Shown here: positions 28,142 to 38,493 of the stretch, one piece after another | Position numbering within the stretch: position 1 is the stretch's first letter | How the letters are laid out: every line of letters begins with the position of its first letter | DNA from: an uncultured Verrucomicrobiae bacterium | Lineage (GTDB): Bacteria > Verrucomicrobiota > Verrucomicrobiia > Chthoniobacterales > UBA10450 | Direction of reading: 5' to 3' | Assembly (NCBI GenBank): GCA_963834385.1 | Contig: CAWIBO010000005.1 | Coordinates: 672,001-736,000 of the forward strand | DNA: 64,000 nt | Program-made: the position numbers and the translations under genes | Notes under the pieces: model-generated | Database searches by the model: none | Told to the model about the DNA's origin: nothing | Seen by the model: only the letters and a program-made list of their open reading frames with translations

Positions 28142-31100
28142 GGATTCGATGACTCGATGATATAGAAGCGCTGGGTCGCGGCGGCGGCGTCGAGGTGCGA
28201 CAACACATCCGCGCCGCTTGGGGCCATCACCAGGCCGCCCGGGAGATTCTGCCAGGAATCGCTCAGCGCATTACGATACCTGATCTGATAAGAGCGCCCG
28301 GGCACCGCCGGCCAGCTCACAAGGAAACCGCTTCCCCCGCTTTGGGGAGCGAGCGAGGCGCGAAAAGCGAGCGCGGGATCGAGTCGGTCGAACCGGCCGT
28401 CGCTGTTCTCGTCACGGATCGCCGCCACCGGGACGGCGAGGAATTCGTTCGGCTCGATGTTGCCATTGCCATCCGTGGTGGGCGCCTGTGCCGCGAGCGC
28501 ACCGCCGTTCGCCGTCCCGTAGGCCGCCGAGGCGAGGTAAATCATCGGTGGGACGCTCCCAAACGCGGCCTCCAAATCGATGACGCCTTCGAGCTGCCCG
28601 CCATTCCCTGCCGCCTTGAAGAGCACGGCGGTCGCGGGCGCGTTGGTCCAACCGGCATAACCGCTCATGCTTTCACCGGCGAGAAACGGTTTGCCTGCCG
28701 CCACCGAAACCGTTCCGGCCTTGGCCCACGGCGCCGCTCCGCTCGCCGCGGGAAGGAGAACGTCTGCGACAAACAAAAAGTGATCATTGGAGCCGCCGCT
28801 GTTCCCCGGTGACCAGGTGGAGAGGTAGAGTTTTGTTCCCCGCACCGCTGCATAAATGGTCATGCCGGGCGACGAGAGCAGAAAACCGGGGCTGTCAGGC
28901 TGACCATCCATGACGAAGCCACCACCGGCGGAAGGCGTTGGGCTCGGGGTGGCCGTGGGCGTAGGTGTCGGGGTGGGCGTGGTTCCGGGCGTGCCGTCGT
29001 CCCCCACCCAGACGTGCTGGATGTCGGTGCGGGTGCTGTTCCCCTTCGCGTCCGCCGCTTCTATATAGTAGTCGAGCAGTTTATTCCGGTAGCCGGTCAC
29101 CCGGGCCCAGTAATGATCGGCGATGTGCGAGGGCAGCTCGAAAAAGTTGACCTGCGGATTGTTGGTCACGTTCCCGGTCGGTACCGCCCTTTTCGTCATG
29201 GGCAGGGCAACCCAGGGGCCGACGGTCGCTCCGCCGGCATAGGTTTCGTTCTCGTTGTTTGAAAGCGGATTGGTCCCGGTCAGCGATTCGCGCACATAAA
29301 GAGTCGGGGTTTGCGGGATCCCGCTGACGTCGAAGGCGAGCGTCCAGATGTGGAAATCGGAGGCGTAGGGCGCCTTGCCGTTGAACCCGATCTCGCGATA
29401 GCCGGTGAGAGGTCCCCATCCCATGCCGCCCGGGTTCCAGGGAAAGCGCTGCGGCTTGAAGATGGTGGGCGGCGTCTGGTCCTGCGCGCCGTTGCCCACG
29501 ACCTGGGTGGCATGGCTGATCGCGCGGTTGGTCGCGAGCGCCTGCTTCTGTTCGTCATCCAGCGAGGTGCCGTAATACATGAAGCCGCTGTCGAGTCCGC
29601 CGAGGAAGTAATGCCAGGCCTGCTCGGCCGCGTTGGGCTGGTTGTTGGTCCCGTTCGGCTGGGTCGGCTCCTGGATCTTCCAGGTCGCCACGCTGCCGCC
29701 GTTGCCGATGGTGATCTGCTCGGCGGTCTCGCAAAAGTTCGCCCCGGCCATGAGCACCGCCCAGTTGCGCCAGTCTTCCGTCCAGCCGGGCGTCTCGAGA
29801 TCAAACCAGGTGCGCGGATCAGTGGAAACATAGGCCGGATCACTTGGGGCCCGGGTCGGCGGGTAAAGCCAGTTGATGAACTGCGGATGGCCCCAGTCAT
29901 TCGCGGCATTGAACCAGGCGCCATCCTCGACGTGAACGACGTCGTTCTCCGGCACCGGGTGTTCCGCGAGATACTGCTGGATGGTGGTCGGACGATACCC
30001 TTGGCCAGCGGCAGCATTGGCAAAGTTGGGAACTGATTCCTGATAATAGCTGTTGCCGCCGCCCCAGGCATTGTCGCCGTCGTGCGCCATCAGGACGAGC
30101 GAGGGCCGGGCCGGATCGTTAAACGGGGCGATGTGGGCGTCGATATCCCCGGTGCCCATGGTGCCGAAACCATTCTGGTAACTGAGCAGGTCGCACATCG
30201 GCACCACGGTGATCTTTGTTTCGGCCCCGGTGGCCGGGTCGACGTACTTTGCCTTGTGCGGCTGATAGGCGAAGGGCGCCGGAAAAGCTCCGCCCCGGCC
30301 GTCGAGCGTGCCGTTCCACCACTGCGAAGCCGGGACGACCGGTCCGATGGCGTCGGCCTTGTTCGGCGGATCGATGTTCCAGCCGCTGTTTCCTTTCTGC
30401 GCCACCTCGAGATAATTGGCACAGGTCCGGGCCAGATGGCTGTTGGCGATGATGGCCCAATCGTAGCCCTCGCTCACCAGCACCGGGATCATGGTCTCGG
30501 AGAACGCCGCCTCGATCGGCCAATACCCGCGGGAATGATCACTCTTATCGGGGTTCCCGTTCCACGTCTTCCACCAGATCTCGCGGAAAATCTGGATCTC
30601 CTTTCGCAGGACGCTCCTCGGCAGAAGCGGCGAGAAGGAATGGTGATAGTTGATTCCGGTCATGTCGGCCTTCGGCTTGCCTCCGCTGGTCAGCCAGCCC
30701 CGCGCCGTCCGGTAGCCGTCCGCCCATCCCGGGTGATAACCGATGCGGGAGGCCCGGCCGAAACTTCCGATGTTCTCAATCAGGGCGCCGGAATAGCTGA
30801 CGGAAGCGCCGCCATCGGGATGTCCCCCAAGCGTGGCGATGGAATCTTTGCCGCCATGTTGATAGGCGATCACGCGGTCAGCCTTGGTGAACACCTCGTC
30901 GAACTCACCCGGTTCACCGGCGAGGGCGTTGCGCGGATGATTATAAGGGTCGCCGGGATAATACTGGCCTCCCGGCGAATTCTTCAGGTCCACCGACTCC
31001 GCGCCGAACTGGTAGCGATTCAGCCACGGCACCTTTTCCGGCCAGTAGATCGGCTGGTGCAGGTGCCAGTGGTAGGTGATGTGCACATTGCTGGAGGCGC

Positions 31101-31152
31101 AGACCGAAAACGCCGGGATGGCGACCAGGAAAGTCAGGAGGCGGGGGAACAC
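28138..31152 (-). CDS. secreted GH57/GH119-like glycoside hydrolase with Pro/Thr linker and C-terminal accessory domains
   Basis: HWHLHQP, HHSFSPL, YWPIEAAF and AHDGDN motifs; TPTPTP linker; GTG start at 31152 gives a signal peptide (ORF is open from 31218). Confidence 0.72.
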   Translation of the reverse strand: MFPRLLTFLVAIPAFSVCASSNVHITYHWHLHQPIYWPEKVPWLNRYQFGAESVDLKNSPGGQYYPGDPYNHPRNALAGEPGEFDEVFTKADRVIAYQHGGKDSIATLGGHPDGGASVSYSGALIENIGSFGRASRIGYHPGWADGYRTARGWLTSGGKPKADMTGINYHHSFSPLLPRSVLRKEIQIFREIWWKTWNGNPDKSDHSRGYWPIEAAFSETMIPVLVSEGYDWAIIANSHLARTCANYLEVAQKGNSGWNIDPPNKADAIGPVVPASQWWNGTLDGRGGAFPAPFAYQPHKAKYVDPATGAETKITVVPMCDLLSYQNGFGTMGTGDIDAHIAPFNDPARPSLVLMAHDGDNAWGGGNSYYQESVPNFANAAAGQGYRPTTIQQYLAEHPVPENDVVHVEDGAWFNAANDWGHPQFINWLYPPTRAPSDPAYVSTDPRTWFDLETPGWTEDWRNWAVLMAGANFCETAEQITIGNGGSVATWKIQEPTQPNGTNNQPNAAEQAWHYFLGGLDSGFMYYGTSLDDEQKQALATNRAISHATQVVGNGAQDQTPPTIFKPQRFPWNPGGMGWGPLTGYREIGFNGKAPYASDFHIWTLAFDVSGIPQTPTLYVRESLTGTNPLSNNENETYAGGATVGPWVALPMTKRAVPTGNVTNNPQVNFFELPSHIADHYWARVTGYRNKLLDYYIEAADAKGNSTRTDIQHVWVGDDGTPGTTPTPTPTPTATPSPTPSAGGGFVMDGQPDSPGFLLSSPGMTIYAAVRGTKLYLSTWSPGNSGGSNDHFLFVADVLLPAASGAAPWAKAGTVSVAAGKPFLAGESMSGYAGWTNAPATAVLFKAAGNGGQLEGVIDLEAAFGSVPPMIYLASAAYGTANGGALAAQAPTTDGNGNIEPNEFLAVPVAAIRDENSDGRFDRLDPALAFRASLAPQSGGSGFLVSWPAVPGRSYQIRYRNALSDSWQNLPGGLVMAPSGADVLSHLDAAAATQRFYIIESSNP

Positions 31153-31214
31153 GAAGGCGCGAGATTCGCGAAACCACCGGCGAAAGCGAGCAAAAAGCCC
31201 GCACCGATCACCAA

Positions 31215-32612
31215 TCACCCCTGCCCCACCGCACCAACATCCGCGGAGGCTGTTCCGCGCGGCTTCGCCCCGTCGGGTCTCTTGCGGAAATGCACCTGGT
31301 TCACCTTGCGGCCGTCCGCCTGGGTGATGGTCAGGAGATAATCCTCAATCTCGACCTTTTCCCCGGGCTTGGGGAGGTGCCCAAGCAGATGGGTGACGTA
31401 GCCGCCAATGGTGCTGACGTCCTGGCTCTCGAGAGTGAGCCCGGCGAGGTCGTGCAGCTCGTAAAGGCCGAGCGCGCCATCGACCACGAACTCGTTCTCG
31501 TTGATCGTGCTGAACTCCGCTTTCTCCGCATCGAACTCGTCCTGGATGTCTCCCACCAGCTCCTCCAGCACGTTTTCCATCGTGACAATGCCGACGGTGC
31601 CGCCGAACTCGTCCACCACGATGGCCAGGTGCACGTGCCGGGTCAGGAAGAGGTTGAGCAGCTTTTCCAGTGACATCATTTCCGGGACCGGGATGAGGTC
31701 GCGTTTCACCTTGAGCAGATCGGCATTTGCTTCCCGCATGAGCGGGACCAGTTCCTTGATGTGGATCAGCCCAATGGTGTTGTCGAGATGCCCGCGACAA
31801 AGCGGGAAGCGGGTGTGCTGCGACTCGATCGCCTTCTTGATGTTCTCCTCGAAATTTTCCTCGATATCGAGGGAGACCACCTGGCCCCGCGGGGTCATGA
31901 TGTCGCGCACGACCCGCCGGCGCAGATCGAGCGCGTTGATCAGGATCTCGCGGCCGAGCGGCGTCACCTCCTCGGCCTGCTCGCTCTCGCCGAGGATAAG
32001 ACGCAGCTCCTCCTCGCTGTGCGCCAGTTCGTGTTCGCCCACCGGTTCAAGCCGGAAAAGATATTTCAGGATCTTGTTGGCCGTGCCGTTGAGGAACCAG
32101 ATCGCGGGCTTGAAAACGACGTAGAACGCGCCCAGCGGCCGGCTGACCCAAAGGGTGGTCGCGACCGATTTGCGAATCGCGAGCGATTTGGGCGCCAGCT
32201 CGCCCAGGACGATGTGCAGGATCGTGATGATCCCGAAGGCGAGGGCAAACGAGGTTCCATGGATGACGGTGGGCGAATCCACCCCCGCCCAGAGAAAGGC
32301 CGGCTCGATCATGCGGGCGAGGAACGGCTCGCCCACCCACCCGAGTCCCAGGCTGGCGAGGGTGATGCCGAGCTGGGTGGCCGAGAGATACGCATCGAGG
32401 TGGGCGGTGACGTGCCGGGCGAAAACGGCACGCTTCACGCCCTGGTCGATCAAGGCCTCGAGCTGGCTGGTCCGCACTTTGACGATGGCGAACTCGGCCG
32501 CGACGAAAAAGCCGTTCAGGAAGACCAGCAGGGCAATCACTGCCAGCTTTAGCAGGATGATCTCAGGCGCATCCCAGCTTTCCATGGGAGCCGCCACGAC
32601 AGCGAAATTCAT
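31215..32612 (-). CDS. CNNM/hemolysin-family protein (DUF21 + CBS pair + CorC/HlyC)
   Basis: [31 protein letters not shown] and [12 protein letters not shown] motifs. Confidence 0.92.
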   Translation of the reverse strand: MNFAVVAAPMESWDAPEIILLKLAVIALLVFLNGFFVAAEFAIVKVRTSQLEALIDQGVKRAVFARHVTAHLDAYLSATQLGITLASLGLGWVGEPFLARMIEPAFLWAGVDSPTVIHGTSFALAFGIITILHIVLGELAPKSLAIRKSVATTLWVSRPLGAFYVVFKPAIWFLNGTANKILKYLFRLEPVGEHELAHSEEELRLILGESEQAEEVTPLGREILINALDLRRRVVRDIMTPRGQVVSLDIEENFEENIKKAIESQHTRFPLCRGHLDNTIGLIHIKELVPLMREANADLLKVKRDLIPVPEMMSLEKLLNLFLTRHVHLAIVVDEFGGTVGIVTMENVLEELVGDIQDEFDAEKAEFSTINENEFVVDGALGLYELHDLAGLTLESQDVSTIGGYVTHLLGHLPKPGEKVEIEDYLLTITQADGRKVNQVHFRKRPDGAKPRGTASADVGAVGQG

Positions 32613-32667
32613 GGGAATAATATCCCGCGGCCGCGCAACGCCGAAGCGTCCGCCAACCGGGGCGAGC

Positions 32668-32937
32668 CTACCAGCTCGACTTTGTCACGCCCGGGATGAG
32701 TCCCGCCGAGGCCAGCTCGCGGAAGGTCAGGCGCGAAATCTTGAAACGGCGGATGAAAGCGCGCCGGCGACCGCTCACTTCGCAACGGTTGACCACCCGG
32801 GTGGGGCTGGCATTGCGCGGGAGCTGGGAGAGCGCGGCGTAGTCTTTCTTCGCCTTAAGTTCCGCCCGGAGCGCGGCATATTTCTGCACGGTGGCCCGTT
32901 TGCGCTCGTTGCGGTTGATCCAGGAAGTTTTCGCCAT
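32668..32937 (-). CDS. rpsN: 30S ribosomal protein S14 (zinc-independent form, 89 aa)
   Basis: [36 protein letters not shown]; only one Cys. Confidence 0.96.
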   Translation of the reverse strand: MAKTSWINRNERKRATVQKYAALRAELKAKKDYAALSQLPRNASPTRVVNRCEVSGRRRAFIRRFKISRLTFRELASAGLIPGVTKSSW

Positions 32938-33044
32938 AAGGAGCGCGGAAGTTATACAAACTTCCCGGCATTGCAAATGGTTTTCCCGGCGTCACCCGGG
33001 ACGGGGACTTGAGCCGGCCCGGCCGCCGCGGAGAATACCCCTCC

Positions 33045-33839
33045 ATGCTGCCCCTCGCCCGCACCTTGCCGCCCGCCTCCGCCCCGGAGCTCCGCGACGC
33101 CCTCGAGGAGGGACTGCGCCGCCTTTTCTCCCGCGACGGCGACCTGGTCTCGGTGACCGGGGGCACCTTCCCCGGGCTGGAGACCCTTTCCCTCAACCTC
33201 GACGGAGCGCAACTCCGCCCGGACGTCCCCCGCCCGCCCGCCCTGCAGCCTGGCGGGCCGACCATTTCCGTCCGCGCCTTCCTTCTCCATGGCCGTCCGT
33301 TGCAGGTGCAGGGCGCGCCTATCGACCTCCGCCTCGAGGCGCAGGACGTGGTCTTTCGCTGCGCGGCGGACCGCGCCGGGCAACTCTTTCTGCAACTGGA
33401 GCGCGCCTCACAGGGCGAACTCGCCGCGGCGGTCGCCGTGGGTGACCTGGAGCGGCTGATCTTTGAGCGGGCGCGTCACGAGGCCTCGCGCCATGGCGTC
33501 ACCATTGAGTCCGTCGCGCTCTCTCTCCAGTCGAGCGGCCCGCGCGCCCTCGAGATCGCCGCGGAGGTCAAAGCCCGCAAAATGTTCCTCAGCGCCCGGC
33601 TTCGCCTGCTCGGAAGCGTCTCAGTTGACCAGGATCTCAACGCCCACGTCCGCGGCCTCCGTTGCGAGGGCACCGGCGCCATCGCCGCGCTCGCCTGCAG
33701 CGTGCTTGATCCCCATCTGCAACGGGTCAATGGCCGCGCCTTTTCCCTCCTGGCCCTGCCGCTGGGCGACATTCGCCTGCGCGACATCAGCCTGGCCCTG
33801 GACGACCGCATCGAGGTTCGCGCCCTCTTCAGCGCCTGA
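33045..33839 (+). CDS. hypothetical protein
   Basis: Protein-like beta-rich ORF divergent from rpsN; start uncertain (33009 or 33045). Confidence 0.7.
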   Translation: MLPLARTLPPASAPELRDALEEGLRRLFSRDGDLVSVTGGTFPGLETLSLNLDGAQLRPDVPRPPALQPGGPTISVRAFLLHGRPLQVQGAPIDLRLEAQDVVFRCAADRAGQLFLQLERASQGELAAAVAVGDLERLIFERARHEASRHGVTIESVALSLQSSGPRALEIAAEVKARKMFLSARLRLLGSVSVDQDLNAHVRGLRCEGTGAIAALACSVLDPHLQRVNGRAFSLLALPLGDIRLRDISLALDDRIEVRALFSA

Positions 33840-33848
33840 CTGCCCGCG

Positions 33849-34319
33849 CTACTGAGGCGGGAGATAGTAGCGAAGATTGATCTCTTCAACCAGCCAGCGG
33901 CCGCTGTGCTGGGTCACGGTCAGGTCGAGGTAGGCCGGCATTCCCGGGTAGTTAAGCTGCGCCTTGTAAACGCCCACGGGGGAGAAGAAACCGGAGGTGA
34001 ACCGGACCTCGCCCGTCACTTCCACCGGGGTCATCGGTGTGCCGAACGACTTGAGCCGCTCCATCATGCGTTCGCGCCAGACGGGGGGATGCGCCACCTG
34101 GGCGCGCGGGCTCAGGCGCTGGTCGAGAAACTTGCGGTCGTGCTGGACGGCAACCCTCGTCGCCATTTCCTGCACAAAATCGCGGGAACCCTCGCGCGCG
34201 CTGGCCCGCGAGGAATGCAGGAGCCAGTAGCCTCCGCCGGCGATGGCCAGAAGGATGACAAGGAGAAAAACGATCTGGCCGCTTTCCCTGGTCCTCCCCG
34301 GCCCGGAAGGTAAATGCAT
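33849..34319 (-). CDS. hypothetical membrane-anchored protein
   Basis: ATG at 34319; RESGQ followed by a hydrophobic helix IVFLLVILLAIAGGGYWLL. Confidence 0.7.
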   Translation of the reverse strand: MHLPSGPGRTRESGQIVFLLVILLAIAGGGYWLLHSSRASAREGSRDFVQEMATRVAVQHDRKFLDQRLSPRAQVAHPPVWRERMMERLKSFGTPMTPVEVTGEVRFTSGFFSPVGVYKAQLNYPGMPAYLDLTVTQHSGRWLVEEINLRYYLPPQ

Positions 34320-34330
34320 GCCGACGTTTT

Positions 34331-35455
34331 CTACGGGCGCTGGTCGATCGGCAAGACTTTCTTTCCCACCGGTTCGCCCGTGTATTCGCTCAACGGGCGG
34401 AAAAGACGGTTGTCTTCGAGCTGCTCGAGAACATGCGCGCACCAGCCCGAGCACCGGGCAATGGCGAATACCGGCGTGAAAAGGTCGGTCGGAATCCCCA
34501 GCGAATAATAGACCGTGGCCGAGTAGAAATCGACGTTGGCGTTCAGGTTCTTCTTCTCCTTCATGAGCTGCGCGATTCGCTCCGACATCCGGATCCATTT
34601 CGGATCGCCCAGTTTCTCGCTCAGCTTGACCGCCATCCGCTGCAGATGCGGGGCCCGCGGGTCGAGCGTCCGATACACCCGGTGCCCGATGCCCATGATC
34701 TTCTTCTTCTGCGCCAGCTGTTCCTCGATGTAGGCATCGACCCGGTCCTCGCTCCCGATTTCCTCCAGCATTTGGATGACGCCTTCATTGGCGCCGCCGT
34801 GCAACGGACCTTTCAGGGTGCCGATGGCGGAAGTGATGGCGGAGTAAATGTCGGAGAGAGTGGAGGTGGTCACCCGCGCGCTGAAGGTGGAGGCGTTCGT
34901 GCCATGGTCGGCATGCAGGACATAAGCCACATCAAGAGTGTCAGCCGCTTCCCTGGTCGGTTCCTCCCCGCTCATGAGGTAGAGGAAATGGGCGGCGGAT
35001 CCGAGATCGGTCCGGACGGGAGGCAGCGATTTGCCGGTGCGAGCCCGGTGAAAGTAGGCGGCGATCACGCCGATCTTGGCCGTGATGCTGCGGGCGCGCT
35101 TCCTGTTGATCTCGGGGGTGATTTCCCGGCCGTGATCGGGGTCATAAAGCGCCAGCATGGAGACACCCGTGCGGATGACATCCATGGGCGGGGCGTCTTT
35201 CGGGGCCGCCTTCAGGAAATCGATCACTCCCTGCGGCAGCTCGCGCTGGGCGCGCAAACTGGTGGTGCAATCATCCAGCTCGGCCTGGTTGGGGAGCTTG
35301 TTGTTCCAGAGCAGGTAAAGCGTTTCCTCGAAGCTGACCTTCCCGGCGAGCTCGTTGATATCGTAGCCACAGTAAATCAGCTGGCCTTTGTCCCCGATGA
35401 CGTCACTCAGCCGGGTTTCGTTCGCGACAATGCCTTCCAGGCCCCGTGAAATCAT
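34331..35455 (-). CDS. citrate synthase (short type; citrate or 2-methylcitrate synthase)
   Basis: [35 protein letters not shown] and NVDFYS motifs; ATG 35455 overlaps the sucD stop. Confidence 0.93.
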   Translation of the reverse strand: MISRGLEGIVANETRLSDVIGDKGQLIYCGYDINELAGKVSFEETLYLLWNNKLPNQAELDDCTTSLRAQRELPQGVIDFLKAAPKDAPPMDVIRTGVSMLALYDPDHGREITPEINRKRARSITAKIGVIAAYFHRARTGKSLPPVRTDLGSAAHFLYLMSGEEPTREAADTLDVAYVLHADHGTNASTFSARVTTSTLSDIYSAITSAIGTLKGPLHGGANEGVIQMLEEIGSEDRVDAYIEEQLAQKKKIMGIGHRVYRTLDPRAPHLQRMAVKLSEKLGDPKWIRMSERIAQLMKEKKNLNANVDFYSATVYYSLGIPTDLFTPVFAIARCSGWCAHVLEQLEDNRLFRPLSEYTGEPVGKKVLPIDQRP

Positions 35456-36339
35456 TTTGCTTTCCCTTTCGGCAGGCGCGCGATGAGCGTCTCCGCCATC
35501 GTGGCCGGTGTTTCCGCCACCGCAATCCCCGCTTTCCTGAGGGCCTCGATCTTCCCCGCCGCCGTCCCCTTCCCCCCGGAGACGATCGCTCCGGCATGCC
35601 CCATGCGACGGCCGGGCGGGGCCGTGGCCCCGGCAATGAAGGCCGCCACCGGTTTCCGGCAATTTGCCTGGATCCACTCAGCGGCCTCCTCCTCGGCGCT
35701 GCCCCCGATCTCGCCGATCAGGATCATTGCCTCGGTCTCCGGGTCGTCGTTGAAAAGTTTCACCGCATCGAGGTGCGACATGCCGTTGATCGGATCGCCC
35801 CCGATGCCGATGCAGGTCGACTGCCCGTAGCCGCGCGAGGTCAACTGCCAGACCGCCTCGTAGGTCAGGGTGCCGGAACGTGAAATGACGCCGACGTTCC
35901 CCGGCTGGTGAATGTAGCCGGGCATGATCCCGATCTTGCAGGCGCCGGGCGTGATGATGCCCGGACAGTTCGGCCCAATCAGCCGGCTCTTCTTCCCCGC
36001 CATCTGCGCCTTCACCCGCATCATGTCCATGACCGGGATGCCTTCGGTGATGCAGATGACCAGCTCGACTCCTGCGTCCACCGCCTCGAGGATGCTGTCG
36101 GCCGCGCCGGCCGCGGGCACGAAAATCACGGAAACATTGCAGCCGGTTTCCCGGCGTGCTTCCGCCATGGTGTCGAAGACCGGCACTTTGCTGTCAAACT
36201 TCTGGCCGCCTTTGCCCGGCGTCACCCCTGCGACAACGTTCGTGCCGTATTCCATGCATTGCCGGGCGTGAAAGCCTCCGGCGCTGCCGGTGATCCCCTG
36301 CACGCAGAGCCTGGTGTTCTGATCGACGAGAATGGACAT
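35452..36339 (-). CDS. sucD: succinate--CoA ligase subunit alpha
   Basis: [25 protein letters not shown] and RMGHAGA (phospho-His) motifs. Confidence 0.97.
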   Translation of the reverse strand: MSILVDQNTRLCVQGITGSAGGFHARQCMEYGTNVVAGVTPGKGGQKFDSKVPVFDTMAEARRETGCNVSVIFVPAAGAADSILEAVDAGVELVICITEGIPVMDMMRVKAQMAGKKSRLIGPNCPGIITPGACKIGIMPGYIHQPGNVGVISRSGTLTYEAVWQLTSRGYGQSTCIGIGGDPINGMSHLDAVKLFNDDPETEAMILIGEIGGSAEEEAAEWIQANCRKPVAAFIAGATAPPGRRMGHAGAIVSGGKGTAAGKIEALRKAGIAVAETPATMAETLIARLPKGKAK

Positions 36340-36344
36340 GCTAG

Positions 36345-36379
36345 GAATGACGAGGGACGAATGACGGATGACGAATGAC
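36345..36379. repeat. five-unit heptamer tandem repeat (GAATGAC consensus)
   Basis: GAATGAC GAGGGAC GAATGAC GGATGAC GAATGAC, ending 5 nt before the sucD start codon. Confidence 0.8.
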
Positions 36380-36429
36380 CGCGGAGTCGTTGCTCCTGCC
36401 TGCACGGGCTGGTCGTGGAAGTTGTCTGA

Positions 36430-36795
36430 TCATGTGGAACTGATCGTTTTGCGCTGGTGCAACATCAGCTTGTTGCCGTCCGGGTCGCGGAACTGGGCCA
36501 TCCAGCAGATGGGCGTCTCTGTTTTCTCCATCTCGAAGGAGACTCCGCGTTCGTTGAGCCGGCTGATGGCGGCGTCGATCGTCTCCACCTCGAAGGCGAC
36601 GGTGGTGCCGTCGCGCGACGGTTCCCAGCCCGGCCAGCAGCCGACGCCGATGGTGGTCCCACCAAGATCATACTCCACCCAGGCCCCTTCCATGGCCGTA
36701 AGGGACGGCTTCAGTTCCAGCGTTTCCTGGTAAAATTTCCGGGCCCGCTCTCGGTCGGAGACGGCAATCGCCACAAAGGCCACTTCGCTGATCAT
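36430..36795 (-). CDS. VOC/glyoxalase family protein
   Basis: [20 protein letters not shown] and FRDPDGN motifs; ATG overlaps the sucC stop. Confidence 0.88.
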   Translation of the reverse strand: MISEVAFVAIAVSDRERARKFYQETLELKPSLTAMEGAWVEYDLGGTTIGVGCWPGWEPSRDGTTVAFEVETIDAAISRLNERGVSFEMEKTETPICWMAQFRDPDGNKLMLHQRKTISST

Positions 36796-37982
36796 TTTCC
36801 TTCCTCCGCCGCCCGGACCGCTTTTTGCGCGGCATCCGCCAGGTCGTCCGCGGTGGTCACGGCCAGTCCTGAGTCCGCGATGATCTTTTTGCCCGCCTCG
36901 ACGTTCGTGCCCTCGAGCCGGACCACCAGCGGAACGGGCAGCCGGACTTTCTTGACCGCGTTGACGATCCCCTGGGCAATGACGTCGCACCGCATAATGC
37001 CGCCGAAAATATTGACCAGGATGGCTTTCACGTTTTCGTCCGAGACCAGGAGCTGGAACGCTTCGGTCACCTGCTCTTCCGTGGCGCCGCCCCCGACATC
37101 GAGGAAATTGGCGGGGCTGCCGCCGTAGAACTTGATGATGTCCATCGTGGCCATGGCCAGGCCGGCCCCATTGACCAGGCAGGCAATGTTTCCGTCGAGG
37201 CCGATGTAGTTCAGCCCATGCCGCGAGGCCTCGACTTCGCGCGGATCTTCCTCCGCCGTGTCGCGCAACGCCGCCACTTCCGGATGCCGGTAAAGAGCGT
37301 TGTCATCGAAGGTGAATTTGGCATCGAGCGCCAGCACTTCGCCCTCCTTCGTTACCACCAGCGGATTCACCTCCACCATGGAGCAATCAAGCCCGAGGAA
37401 GGTACGATAAAGGCCGTCAAAAAGTTTCGCCGCCGCCTTGATCTGCCCGGACTCGAAACCGAGTTGCCGCGCCAGCTTCCGTGCCTGGTAGGGCTGCAGA
37501 CCGGCCAGCCGATCAACCGGTTCACGCATGATTTTTTCCGGCGATTTTTCCGCCACCGCCTCGATCTCCACGCCCCCCTCGGTGCTGGCCACGATGAGCG
37601 GCGCGGCCGTGGCGCGGTCGAGCAGGATGGCAAAATAAATCTCGCGCGCGATTTCGACCGACCGGGCCACCAGCACCTTGTTCACCGTCCGGCCCTGCGG
37701 ACCGGTCTGGTGCGTCACCAGTGTCTGGCCCAGCATTTTTCCGGCAATCTCGCCGGCCTGCGCCGGCGCCTGGCAAAGATGCACGCCCCCTTTGAAACCA
37801 TTCTGGAAGGTCCCCTTCCCGCGGCCGCCCGCGTGGATCTGCGCCTTCACCACCAGGTCGTTTGTCCCCAGTTCGCGCGCCACCGCTTCCGCTTCCGCGG
37901 CGCTGGTGGCAGCCTTCCCCGGCGGGGTCGCCACACCGAACTTCTGCAGAAGTTCCTTGGCCTGGTATTCGTGAATGTTCAT
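36792..37982 (-). CDS. sucC: succinate--CoA ligase subunit beta
   Basis: [32 protein letters not shown] and NFLDVGGG motifs. Confidence 0.97.
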   Translation of the reverse strand: MNIHEYQAKELLQKFGVATPPGKAATSAAEAEAVARELGTNDLVVKAQIHAGGRGKGTFQNGFKGGVHLCQAPAQAGEIAGKMLGQTLVTHQTGPQGRTVNKVLVARSVEIAREIYFAILLDRATAAPLIVASTEGGVEIEAVAEKSPEKIMREPVDRLAGLQPYQARKLARQLGFESGQIKAAAKLFDGLYRTFLGLDCSMVEVNPLVVTKEGEVLALDAKFTFDDNALYRHPEVAALRDTAEEDPREVEASRHGLNYIGLDGNIACLVNGAGLAMATMDIIKFYGGSPANFLDVGGGATEEQVTEAFQLLVSDENVKAILVNIFGGIMRCDVIAQGIVNAVKKVRLPVPLVVRLEGTNVEAGKKIIADSGLAVTTADDLADAAQKAVRAAEEGK

Positions 37983-38059
37983 GCGCGACGCGGTAAAGGC
38001 AGCGCAGCACTAAGCCTTCGAACCGCAAAGGCGGCAATCGTTTTTCTTCCGCGCGCTTT

Positions 38060-38362
38060 TCAGGCGGGCACCAGCTCAGGATGCGCCACCGGCATTTCCG
38101 CCTCCGCTTCCTCTTCGGTGGTCGAGAGCGGCGCGAAACGCTCGGCGCGAAAGCCGCGCTCGATCCCGTGGGCATTGAGCGGGCCGCGAATCTCGATCAG
38201 GTAAACCGCCACCTCCCCCTCCTCTCCGGTCAGGCCCACGCCGGGCACGATGTCCCGGATGATGTAAGTCTGCCCCTCCTTCGGGAGCTCGGCGTAGAGC
38301 TGCTCGATCCCGAGCGGAAATTTTCCGTCGATGCAAACCACTTTCTGGTTCGGAAGGAACAT
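38060..38362 (-). CDS. small hypothetical protein
   Basis: 100-aa ORF with protein-like sequence (KVVCID..FRAERF); TATCTT -10-like box 6 nt upstream. Confidence 0.7.
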   Translation of the reverse strand: MFLPNQKVVCIDGKFPLGIEQLYAELPKEGQTYIIRDIVPGVGLTGEEGEVAVYLIEIRGPLNAHGIERGFRAERFAPLSTTEEEAEAEMPVAHPELVPA

Positions 38363-38493
38363 CCCGGCAAGATAGCCGCCGGCCCGCCGCCATCAAACGC
38401 GGAACGCTCCGCCGCGGGCTCCGGAATTGTGCGCCGCGCCACCGGGCGCGGCAAAAGCCTTGCAATGCCCGGCCGCTCGGGAACTTTCTCGGC

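Noticed and set aside
27722..31218. Integrated genomic island at tRNA-Cys
   Set aside because: No integrase, no distal copy of the att core noticed beyond the array, and the genes look compositionally native.
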